A program made the position numbers and the translations under genes. This document shows, one piece after another, positions 38,904-50,485 of a stretch of 64,000 nt of DNA (its first letter is position 1; the number at the start of each line of letters is the position of its first letter). The notes under the pieces were generated by a model, which had not been told where the DNA came from, did not search any database, and saw nothing but the letters and a program-made list of their open reading frames with translations. This DNA is from Podarcis vaucheri (taxonomy: Eukaryota), in the NCBI GenBank assembly GCA_965113315.1, contig OZ220365.1; one strand, given 5' to 3'.

Positions 38904-41198
38904 GCTTTCGCTTTAAGTGATTCCTTGACCATTTCAGATGGCTTGGCCCATCTAGTCCAGCATCCTTTTCTCACAGTGGCCAGCCAGATGCCTGCATGAG
39001 GCTCAGTTGTGCAGTGATCCTTGGCAGAATAATGCACACTTATCAAAAACCTCAGTTTAGTTAGATGAAATGGGAAAGATGCATAACAGAGCTCCAACAG
39101 TGCACTTATTAGCATCTTCAAATTAAAATGACTGCTAAGATGAATTCACTGAACACCTGCAGCTACACAAAGGGAAATAATTTCCCCTCAAGAAATGCCA
39201 GATGTGAAAACTGAACTTGCCAGCACTGGTATACAACTGAGCTTTCTCTCTCCACTATGGGATCTTTATACTTGCTTGAAAGAATAATGTGGTATGGAGT
39301 TTGATGTAAAGAGTCCAAGGCTTATTCCTTTAAAAGGGTTAGAGTAAATGCTGAGAGCTCTCCAACATTCAGGGCTGTGTGTTGCTCTGAATATCTCTGC
39401 CAATGCTGTGCAAAGAATCTGGCACAGAATTTGGCTGCCCTGAGCTTTGCCTTGCCTTTCATTTCTAATATTTCTAGTCTGTGTGGCTGTGAAAAAAGTG
39501 TGAAAGTGTTGTGCTGGCGCTCTGAGCACCAGCACAATTATCCTGTGTTGCCAGGGATAATATATAGAAGCATGATGGGCAGCAAATATATAAAATCATC
39601 ATCGTCATCTGCAGTTATTTGGCTGACATTGAGGAAAATGGGTGTTCAAACCCACTCTCACACACTATTTTTCTCCTACACAACCATTTAGGGCCCCTCT
39701 TGTGCACACCCAGGACACTGTCATTTTTTGAAAGATGAACAGACAGAATGATAATAGGCTGGTCCTGAAAATCTTCAACCATCTGTATCAAAGTAATCGC
39801 ACTGGCCACAGAAGAGATTGCTTTGGAGTATGTGATTTATTCACTATTGTTTAAAAATCAATACTCCTAAACCTACATTCCAATCCTAGGGAAGACAGTA
39901 TAGTTGCTTAAAGGAGCCGTGTTCATGGCAACTTAGGTAACAGTCCTAATCACATCTACTCAGAAGTAAATCCTGTTGAATTCAGTGAGACTTACTCCCA
40001 GTGAGGTGAGGATTGCAGCCTTAATGAGACAGACTGTTCATTTGATGGCTGCACTGTATTCTGTGCATATCACTTCCACCTTTTGACCCACATCTAACGA
40101 GAAAAGTTGTGTTCCATAGTAGAACAAGCAGATGAAAGTGCTGAATCAGAACAGGCAATGTTCCCATCTGTCAGCCACACCCCCACAGCCAGCTATAACC
40201 ATTGGATCTGGGGAAACAAATGATGTGGTTTGCACACAAGTCTTATCAAGCTGATCAGTAGTCTCAGGGTTATTTGAGGCTCTTCCAAAATCCTCCTGGT
40301 GATCTGTTTACTGTAGTCTCTTGGAGCCTCCTACCCTAGCATTATGCTACAAGCCATTAGTCATACTGATACAGGACCCACATGTAATTAAGAAGGCCTG
40401 TAGGCACTATCAAAAGACTGGATTTGTGCCAGGTCTTCTTCTTTTTTGAAGTGTCAAGATGACACAGATGTCCAGTTATAAAAACTAGTAAACAGATTAA
40501 AGGAGACCTGTTGGGCATCTGTCTGACGAAGGAGACAAGAGGAATGATAGTCTCTGCTTGGGGAAATCTCTGCATGGGCTTGGATTCCAGCTACTGCAGA
40601 CAGAGCTCCATTAAAAAGGCAGTGCTTTCCTGTCTCCCACTTCCATCCACCCCTTGTAAAAAGCTGTTCCTGAGGTTTGTGGGGCTCACTAGAACAGCTT
40701 GGAGTGCAATGCCAGGGAGTGGAATAAGCTGCTGCAGAAAGGGAGGATTGCGGGTCCTCCCTTGAGCAAGCAAAAATGCCTTCGGCTTGCACTAGGGCAC
40801 ATTTGGGTCTAAGCCATAATCATTTCTGCATCTTAAGACTGTGATAGTTTTCCATACCAGTAAAATATTAACAGAAATGAGCAGCCACTTCTAAAAAGCT
40901 GCCTGTAGCTGAAGCCTGTCAGACTCAGTCTGTTATGATGGAAACTACAACAGGCATTAAAACTACTCTGCGGTGTCCATTTAAGCATATGCTAAGAAAA
41001 TTTCTCCCAATATTAAATAGTTTAAAGTGATGCCACTTTTGTATCATCTCAGTTCATGTCATACTCCTGGCTTTTCCATGAGGCCAGTTCACAAAGTCAG
41101 TTTTGCAGCTGTTTAATTTCTGGTGGTCAAGTGCAAAGAAATCAAATGATGTAGGAACCAACTTTCAGCAGAACAGCACAGGGACTGAAGTGTGTAAT

Positions 41199-41395
41199 AG
41201 GAGCATAGGAAGTTGGCTTAATCCATGGCAGACCCTGGGTCCTTCCAGCTCTGTACTGCCTACACTGACTAGCAGAATCTCTCCAGGACTTCAGACATGA
41301 TTCCCTCCCAGTCCTACCTGAAGATGCCAGGGATTGAAGCCAGGGCCTTCTGCAAGCGAAACAGATGCACTACCACTGAACTATGGGTCTTCCCC
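41199..41395 (-). mobile_element. tRNA-derived SINE, Squam3-like
   Basis: Reverse strand TAGTTCAGTGGTAGTGCATC...CTTCAATCCCTGGCATC...CTTCCTATGCTCCT. Confidence 0.65.
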
Positions 41396-43445
41396 ATATA
41401 AAGGGTTTGTTAAACCTGAAACAACTGCCCCTTTGAATTTGGTTACCATATTCTTGCTTTGCTTAGGTCTTTATAATCACCTGTCTTCACTGCAAGTTTT
41501 TTCTTGTGCGTTTTTGTATTCTGTGGTTGCAATTTGTCCAGTTCCTCCATCTCTTGTTTGGTGGACACAAGAAAAAAAATCAATAGAGCTAAGGTAAACA
41601 GTATCCTTGCTTTGCTTTTTACGTCAGCTCTGCACAAGCTTTGGTGTTAACTGTTGGGAGGGTGTCCACTGGGCAGAGATGGTGGGACAGGACAAATTAT
41701 TACAACCACAGAATAAGACAAAAACAGCTATTAAGACAGAAGAATTTATGGTATAAAGCAAAGCAGGACTATTGAGACTTACTACTGCTCACTCGCTCTC
41801 ACCTAAAGAAGAAAACAGTGCAATTTTTGCTATACCTCCCCAATCACACAGACACATCTAGTGTGTGCAAACCAAAACTGAGCACCAGATGAAACAAAGG
41901 ACAGATTTGTATAGCTGATATGGGCACCATCAAAATAAAAGGGAAATGTTAATCAGCAACTGCAGACTTTGCCTTTGTTGTTTTTCCTCTACTACATTTC
42001 ATGCAAAGGTCACATAATAAGTTGTTTGGGCAGCAAGCACTCCCTGGATTTGTTATGCAATAGTCTCTCAGCAAAAAGAAGAAAAACAACCCGTTTGCCT
42101 TGTAAGGTTTCAGTGATCCAATCCAAATGACTGCAGAGACAGCTGGATTGTATTCTAAATTATCCCTTGCAAACTATAAATCAAAGTGTTTGGGCCAGAA
42201 CAGCTAACAATGCTCATCTTCCCTGCAGTTCTAAAGGGCTGTGTTCATGGCGCAACTCCTGGACACAGCTCTGGATACTGTTGATTCTGTAACTAGGAGT
42301 AACTTTCATCAATTTAGGCTGGGGCAACAGCTGCAGTTTCTCTTGGCCACATCTAGATGGGACTTCCTGGAGGTAGTATATATAGTCATCATGACCAGTA
42401 ACCATTGATAGCTGTGTTCTCCACGAATTTAATCTCCTTTAAAGTCATCCAAGTAAAGTCATGAGCTAAGTAAGGGCACGACCAGTGTTCAGTAAGTCAT
42501 CGTGACCCTTGTGCAACCACTCTCACAACATTTCCAACTCTCAGGGGAGAAGTTATGAGATGATAATGCTGTTGGTACATTTTCCCAACAACAAAATATT
42601 TTGCTTTGTGTTTTGGGGGAAACAGTATTTCCCCCGATAAAGACCTGATGATGATGAGAGTTCTGGATTTCTTGAATCAGCTTCCTAATTTCTGAGCATA
42701 TTTATTTTTAAAAATGAAAAACCCTTCAAAGGCCTGCATTTTCCCCAGCAACAAAATATTGTGCTGGCAGACTGTGGTATCTATCCTATGGTCTGGATCA
42801 CTGAAAAGCATGAGTTGCAATTGTCCTCCTGTTCCTATCCATCCACTTCAAAACATGATCATAACTAAAATAAATAAAGAAATAAATCTGTGCCATTTGC
42901 CTGCCGGTCTCATTTTATGAGCTGCTGTAATAGTCCATGACACAGACCTGACAAACCACAACACCGCAGGAAGTTGGTATACTATGCAGCTATTTTGCAA
43001 GGCTACTTGTTACCCTAGCAATACTACACTGTAAACAAAGATCTCAGGAATTTAGAGTGAAACAATCAGAGCTAAACAAGTAGGACTTTCCAGTATGTGA
43101 CCATACTAGAAAGCTGCAGACCTTTTTGAATACTTGAATACTTCCAGAATTTTTTAATTATTCACCCATATTGATTTTGCTTTGGATTCTTGGTTACGCA
43201 TAATATTTAAAACTTATTTGTTTTCACTGCTTAACAACCAGAGCTACAGAAATCCATACAAATGTGGGATGAATGGCCCAACATCTGAAACGCTTGCCAC
43301 TATTAATCTGATTGTCATTTTCTAACTCCATTTTTCTTCTTTTCAAGAAAGAATATGTCAATAGAGGAAGGCTTTATAAACCACTGCTACCCTTTTTGGC
43401 CAAAAACTAAACAAGCCCAATTAGAAAATCCTACACTAGATATTA

Positions 43446-43795
43446 GGGACGCGGGTGGCGCTGTGGGTTAAACCACAGAGCCTAGGACTTGCCGATCAGA
43501 AGGTCGGCGGTTCGAATCCCTGCGACGGGGTGAGTTCCCATTGCTCAGTCCCTGCTCCTGCCAACCTAGCAGTTCGAAAGCACGTTGAAGTGCAAGTAGA
43601 GAAATAGGTACTGCTCTGGTGGGAAGGTAAACGGCGTTTCCGTGCGCTGCTCTGGTTTGCCAGAAGCGGCTTAGTCATACTGGCCACATGACCCGGAAGC
43701 TGTACGCCGGCTCCCTCGGCCAATAAAGTGAGATGAGTGCCGCAACCCCAGAGTTGGTCACGATTGGACCTAATGGTCAGGGGTCCCTTTACCTT
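43446..43795 (+). mobile_element. Sauria SINE
   Basis: Full length; TSD tacactagatatta. Confidence 0.92.
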
Positions 43796-45039
43796 TACAC
43801 TAGATATTAAAAGCCTTTCCCCCAACCTCTTGCACAGAAACCCGTAACTTAATTTATTAGTCAATAACTATACAAAGGCCAAAGCATGTGACTGTTCTGT
43901 TCATGGAAGACAATTTTTTATGTTCATGAATGCCTTGGTGCAAGAGGTAGTTCAATGGGAGCAAAGCTTGACTGGGTTGGAAAATGCATGTATAAATTTA
44001 TTTAAAAATGGATCCCTTCTGGCATCATTATGTGGGATTCAATTCTGTTTTGTCAAAAGCAGCTTGTTGAAGCACTTTGCAATACAGAGAAAGGCAGCAT
44101 ATTATTCTTGTTTTTCAAAGACTGATAATTGGGTGATGCCAACATCCATCATTTCAGATTTAAAATCCCTTTTAAAGTGAGATGCATTTTAATTAATTTT
44201 CCACAGCACTCGTTATTATATCCTGTGTCTCATTTTATGTTTAATTAACATCACTGCTAGGCTGACCTGTCAAACCAGCAGATCAGATTCCAGGGCCTCA
44301 TATAAGCTTCTAAAACAGATTGGTTGGGAGGAGAAGATCAACTGACAAACAAGCAGGGCCAGGAAAGAAATTCATTTGGTTCGCATTTTAATGCAAACCT
44401 AATTCATACTTTCTGAAGCAGTGTACAAACTGAAACACAGCTAGCTATCCTTCAAAATCACACTTCTTCGACTTTTCCTTTTTTAAAAAATCACAAACTG
44501 ATGTGAACTGAACTTAAGAATGGGAAACTGAAGAACTGAGAGAAACCAAAATTGCCAGATTTGTCAATTCCTAGTAGTGCTCTGGCTCCGTATTTTGTCA
44601 AAGTGGAAGCAGAAAATCAGAGTTTTTCATTCATTCAATAGCACATTGAAATGAACATTTGCATGCAATTTGTAAACGGCATATAGCATACCAATGCCAA
44701 CAGTATGAGTGTATTGTGATGCTTTGGGTGTGATGCATAAGTACGTAGTTTAATCATTTTGGTTTACGGTAAGAATGTTGATACTGGTTTGGATCTCTAG
44801 TCCATCAAATGCATTGCCTCTTAAAACAGGTATCACTAGATGCTTATGAGGAAAGGTTGGGGAAACCTCAAAGCATTTATAATTTGATCAGGAAGTTAGG
44901 ACAGATATCCATGATAGTTATAGCAGGAAGATCCAGCTCTTTGGTTCCTACGTCATTCAAGACTTGGTTCTGTTTCGGAATCTTCACTTAGTAGTGCAAA
45001 GACTCCCTAGTCCTGTAGTTTGACAAAACACAAATTATA

Positions 45040-45430
45040 TACAGAAACTATTTATTTTTTAAAAGACAGATTTTTACTCATTGATTAAGGGATTGTCCAA
45101 TGATATCTCAAGGGACCCTTAGTTCTATACAAGACACCATAGGTATGAATAAACTTACATATTATAACCAAATGAGAGAAAATAGAAGGTATGAAAATAT
45201 ATTTATTGAAAAATGGGTGATTTTTATTGCCTTTTGGAGTGAAAAATATATTAGGCCATTTTCATGATTTTTCGTTAGTTGAAAGCAATAGCTTTTTAGT
45301 TTATTTTTTGTTTGAATGGTTCTTTTTGCTGGCAGATGATATAAACTTCCTTCTATACTTAGGATATATTTTGCTTATGCATATTTTCTTAATTATTAAA
45401 TCTTGTTATTCAATTAAAAATATTTTAAAA
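45040..45430 (+). mobile_element. Old L1-clade 3' fragment
   Basis: Remnant IGMNKLTYY...FIEKWVIFIAFW resembles the MEKLTY..F..KW..F end of ORF2; T-rich UTR follows. Confidence 0.5.
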
Positions 45431-45731
45431 GATTGCTTATTTTGATGCATCCTCAATAGATTTTCTCCATCTGCCTTCTTTCTCAATTTGAAACTACTTT
45501 TTTATTTTAATACAAGTAGGTATAATCAGCAATGAACTGAGACAATTCTTGACAGACTTCTGCATTGCAGGGGATTGGACTAGATGACCCTTGGGATCCC
45601 TTCCAACTGCATAATTCTAAGATTTTAGGGCCATGGGTTTAATTGCAGGACAGGAAGGCTCTCTATTGGCTCTAGATCAATAGCACAGAACATGGTCTTG
45701 GCAAGTATATTGCTGGGGAAGGGGGCAAATA

Positions 45732-46126
45732 CAGTGGTACCTCGGGTCAAGTACTTACAGTGGTACCTTGGGTTACATACGCTTCAGGTTACATACACTT
45801 CAGGTTACAGACTCCGCTAACCCAGAAATAGTGCTTCAGGTTAAGAACTTTGCTTCAGGATGAGAACAGAAATTGTGCTCCGGCAGCGCGGCAGCAGCAG
45901 GAGGCCCCACTAGCTAAAGTGGTGCTTCAGGTTAAGAACAGTTTCAGGTTAAGTACGGACCTCCGGAACGAATTAAGTACTTAACCCGAGGTACCACTGT
46001 AATTCGTTCCGGAGGTCTGTTCTTAACCTGAAACTGTTCTTAACCCAAGGTAATATTTCTGGGTTAGCAGAGTCTGTAACCTGAAGCTTATGTAACCTGA
46101 AGCGTATGTAACCCGAGGTACCACTG
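45732..46126. mobile_element. MITE family A with a second copy (45758-45999) nested in inverted orientation
   Basis: Two TIR pairs; the inner copy is flanked by TA at 45756-57 and 46000-01. Confidence 0.88.
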
Positions 46127-46338
46127 TATATGTATTATAGTGTGCATTGGCGAGGTGCCATGTCACGCTTTGGACATGATCTATTGAACACTTCCCTTAA
46201 AGGGTTGGCTGCCACCAATTTACTGGATGACAATAACCATAGATATAGGGTATTGGCCAATATGGAATATATCAAGCACTGTGCAATCAGAGGTATGGGG
46301 GAGAATAACATCTACCAGAGATGGGAGAAGAGTTTATT

Positions 46339-46963
46339 GAGCCATAGCTCAGTGATAGAGCATCTGTCTTGCAAAGAGGAAAGTCCCAGGTTCAATCCCC
46401 AACATCTCCAGATTGGGAGACCCCTGCCTGAAATCCTGGAGAGTTGCAGCCAGGAGATGTGGACGATACAAGCTAGGTGAACCCAGAGGCGTAGCGTGGG
46501 GGAGGGGCTCCGGGCACAATTTTGTGAGGGGGCGCCCCCACAGCTCTGCCCCTGGGTCATACGTGATCCAGGGGAGGAGAGTGTGAGAGTGGGCAGCAAC
46601 GATGCCACCCACCTTCCTCGGGCATGGAGCGCCTTGCGCCCAGCCACAGCAGCTCCGCCGCCGGATCAGGCTTGATCCTGCGGCAGAGAGCAGGAGGAGA
46701 GTGGGTGGCAGCTTCTCCACCCCTCTCATCCCCTGTGACGCCCAGGAGGACGCCTTCTGCCCCCCCTTTGGGGGTGCACTCCGTTTCGTGACCAAATGAT
46801 CTGACAAGTGCTGGCCTGTCCATGAGGATGACCAAGACAGTTGCCTCAGGGGGCAGAATCTAAGGGGCACCTCTTTCCACTGGAGAAGCATGCTGCCTAG
46901 GGCAGCAAAATGGGACACCCCTGGATCCGACTCAGTACGTATAAGGCAGTTTCCTGCATTCCC
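46339..46963 (+). mobile_element. Squam3-like SINE split by a GC-rich hAT-like insert (~46484-46923)
   Basis: The tRNA head GCCATAGCTCAGTGATAGAGC...GGTTCAATCCCC resumes as GACTCAGT..ATAAGGCAGTTTCCT after the insert, which has CAGAGGCGT / ACACCCCTG ends. Confidence 0.55.
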
Positions 46964-47461
46964 ACAAGCATTCATTTGAATTTGTTTGTGGGGATGTCAG
47001 ACAACGTCGCCACTTCAAAGCAAGTGCCACCCCACTCTACTTTCTGGTGTCATTGCTTTGCTTCATTTCTTGATGGGGGGGCAGCTGCCCCCCTCTTTGC
47101 TATGCCCATTTTGGGAGAGACTCCTGGCTGAAATCCTGAAGAGGCAATATACAAATTCAATTAACAGTAACATTCAATGTTTAATGTTTTATTATATTTT
47201 AAATAGGTTTGGAAGCCGCACAGAGTGGCTGGGCCCACCCAGTCAGATGGGCAAGGTATAAATAATAAAATTATTGTTATGATTATGGAATAGGACATCC
47301 CTGTTTTCATTGTAGAAATGTTGTTTGTTTGTGTAATAATAATAATATCTGTAAGCCCCTTTCAGTCACAACCTTCTGACAGGGACTGAAAGGGGCTTAC
47401 AGATAATTATATATTTATATATATATATTACATATTACATACACACACTCCTGAGCTTCCC

Positions 47462-47609
47462 NNNNNNNNNNNNNNNNNNNNNNNNNNNNNNNNNNNNNNN
47501 NNNNNNNNNNNNNNNNNNNNNNNNNNNNNNNNNNNNNNNNNNNNNNNNNNNNNNNNNNNNNNNNNNNNNNNNNNNNNNNNNNNNNNNNNNNNNNNNNNNN
47601 NNNNNNNNN
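47462..47609. other. Assembly gap (148 N)
   Basis: Run of N immediately upstream of the CpG island. Confidence 1.
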
Positions 47610-47829
47610 GGACGCACAGCCCTAACCATTTTGTGATTCTTTGTACTTTTGTCCATTTACTGTATTTATTTTTCCCCATTTGAACTATAAAACGGTGATA
47701 TCCTTGAGTCAAAACGAGAGTACCCCTAAACATTGTTTTAGGGGAAAAAGAGCACTGGTTGTTATTATTATTACATACCCTCCCAATATATTTCTGTATA
47801 TATTAGTAGCCATCATATTCCTCGCTCTT

Positions 47830-48760
47830 CTCACGGGGGGAGGGGGCGGGAAATAGGCGGGTTAGTCGGCGCGGAACCCGACCGCGTCTGAGGCGCCCAT
47901 GAACGTGCGACGAATCTCACCCGAAAGCGGCAACCCGGCTTGGCCTTTCCTTCCCTTCCTCCGCCGGTCACTCCGCCTCCGCCCGCCCGGCCTGCCCGCC
48001 TCTCTCCCCTCAGCTTTGCCAAGGCCGCGCTTTCTAGGAAAAACCGCCGCTTGCCCCCTCGCGGGCGGCTGAGGCGGCTTCTCTCTCCCCCTCCCCCAAC
48101 CCCTTCTCTCGCCCGCCCTGATTGGCCGCGGGGCCGTCACGTGCTCCCGGGCGCCGGCTCCGCTCCCCTCCCCCCTCCGCCCGTGGCGGCTGCGCCGGTG
48201 GCGGCTCCGGCCGGGGCGGCTGTAACCGGTTTGAGGCAGGGAGGGGAAGAGGCTCGCCAGTCGTCAGCGCCGCCGGCTTTATCCTCGCCGAACCCGGAGC
48301 TGGGCTGGGAGAGGAAGTCGGGTCTCGCCGTCGCCCGTGGGCAGGTCAGTCACAAAAGATGGGGTCGCGCGTGGCTGTGGGGAGGCGCCTACGCTTTTAT
48401 TTGCGCGTTTTCTGTGAGGAAACCTGTCTTCCTCCTCCTCCCACGGCTGCCCCCCCCTTTCCTGCTCCGTGTTGGTTTAATCCACTCCCCCCCCACAAAA
48501 ACACCGAGCTAACGGTAGGATTCGAACTCTGCACTCGGGCGTCAAGGTGTGCGTGGGGGGTGGGACATGGGCCGCTGGGACTGTGTGTGAAAGCGCAGCC
48601 TTTAACAACAACCCCGTTTGGGAGGACTGGTGCTGCGTGGGAAAAGCGATCCTGTGCCTGGCGGGTTTTTCTATGATCCTCTGCGGAGATCCCCGCGTCG
48701 CAGTGGGGTTGGATACCAGATGGCCCCACGGAGGCACCTTTCCTGTTGTGAACCGCCCTG
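47830..48760 (+). promoter_or_regulatory. GPCPD1: CpG island / GPCPD1 promoter
   Basis: Very GC- and CpG-rich. Contains GC boxes, E2F-like GGCGGGAAA (~47845), STAT5/BCL6-type TTCTAGGAA (48032-48040), inverted CCAAT (48121-48125) and E-box GTCACGTG (48136-48143). Confidence 0.85.
48200..48344 (+). other. GPCPD1: GPCPD1 non-coding exon 1 (5' end approximate)
   Basis: Donor CAG|GTCAGT at 48344/48345 inside the CpG island, downstream of the CCAAT/E-box module. Confidence 0.6.
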
Positions 48761-49664
48761 GGATCTTTGGATGAAAGGGGGGGGGGTGCAAATTTAATAA
48801 ATAGTAGTAATAGTAATATCTTCCATCTAACTGCAATTCTAATAGTAGTAGTAGTAATAGTAGTAATAGTAATCAACATCATCACATCTTCCAAGAGTGA
48901 TTCTGTGATCTCCTTCTTTGACAGCTGGAACTGCCCCTGCTAATAGGGACAATAGGCAGCTTCCTCCCGCTGAGCCTGAAACAACCATCTTAACTCAGGG
49001 CTTATCCATAATTCCCAGCCTTGCCATGGAGAGGATGGAAACTGAGCATGGAACTTTCTGTATGCGCTGCTGTTGCTGAGATATTTGCCCCCACCACAAG
49101 CTAGCAAAATGGTTATTTTTGTAATGTTACATTTTCCTCTTGATTCCTCAAGGAGCTCAGGCTGCTGACTCCCTCACCTTTTATCTTTACAAGGGCCTTG
49201 GGAGTTGAGTCAGGTTGAGAGATGGTGGCTGGGTCCAAGGTGACTTGTGCAGTGAGCATTGTGGTGGATTTGAACCCGTTTCCTCCTTGCCAGCCACTGT
49301 TCATCTTCATTGGGCCCAAGGAACTTCCATAATTCCAGTTATGCAAGATGGGACCTGGCTTAAGTTGTTTACTGAATGTGCCCATCTTCCCTTTTCTCTT
49401 TGTAGGATGATCAAGATGCAAAGGAAGACAGCAGTACCTCTGCAGTTTTAACAGCTTTGTAGATGAGAGAACTTCAGCAGGTGCAGCTTCCTGTGCAGAG
49501 AGAGGAAATGTGCACCTGTTGAAAGCATCTCTACTACATGACAATCGGAGGTGCAAAGTTCTTTCCTTCTTACTATCTGGCAATTCTTACTTTAAAAAAA
49601 GAGGATAAACAGGAAAATGATGCCATTGGTGTGACTAACCAAAGAGAGTCAGTGTTGTGTAGTA

Positions 49665-49934
49665 CAGTGGTGCCTCGCAAGACGAAAATAATCCGTTCCG
49701 CAAGTCTCTTCATATAGCAGTTTTTCCGTCTTGCGAAGCAACCCTATTAGCGGATTAGCGGCTATTAAAGGCTTAGCGGCGGAGCGAAAAAAATCGGAAC
49801 ACTCGCAAGACGTTTTCGTCTTGCGAAGCAAGCCCATAGGGAAATTCGTCTTGCGAAGCAGCTCAAAAATGGAAACCCCTTTCGTCTAGCGGGTTTTCCG
49901 TCTTGCGAGGCATTCGTCTTGCGGGGCACCACTG
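49665..49934. mobile_element. Tigger-like MITE family B (opposite orientation)
   Basis: Same TIRs, TA TSDs. Confidence 0.85.
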
Positions 49935-50285
49935 TACACTAGACTTCAGCAGAAGCAGGAGAGTGCAGTTCTACTTGTTAAAAGTTCAACAAGAGAAGCA
50001 TATTCTGTATTGGGCAGGGAAAAGTGAATCCCTCTTACAGTTTTGCTTTATTATAAAGGTATTTCTGTTCCGCCATATCAGAAAATATCAGGGGCAGTTC
50101 TATAACAAAAGAACATAGACAGAGAATAAGGTGGCCCTTCAAGATCTTACTTCTCTCTGTGTTTTGCGGAGGTGGGAGAGGAATCTAACCTGTGTTTGAG
50201 CTGTACTTCTTCAGACTGCAAGTGGGAATTCACATGACTGAATACTTTTCCATGTCTAAATAATTTACTGCATATATATTTATAT

Positions 50286-50485
50286 TACAGGCTTCAGGTT
50301 ACAGACTCCGCTAACCCAGAAATAGTACCTCGGGTTAAGAACTTTGCTTCAGGATGAGAACAGAAATCATGCTCCGGCGGCGCGGCAGCAGCAGGAGGCC
50401 CCATTAGCTAAAGCGGTGCTTCAGGTTAAGAACAGTTTCAGGATGAAACAGGAATGAATTAAGTACTTAACCCGAGGTGCCACTG
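50286..50485. mobile_element. MITE family A, lacking one end
   Basis: Body and one TIR GAGGTGCCACTG+TA. Confidence 0.8.

Noticed and set aside
46339-46410. Functional tRNA gene
   Set aside because: Degenerate cloverleaf that continues into a SINE body; the same applies to the other tRNA-like heads.
47830-48894. Long ORFs (165-190 aa) over the CpG island
   Set aside because: Low-complexity Pro/Ala/Gly/Arg translations on both strands are expected in GC-rich DNA; no recognisable protein.
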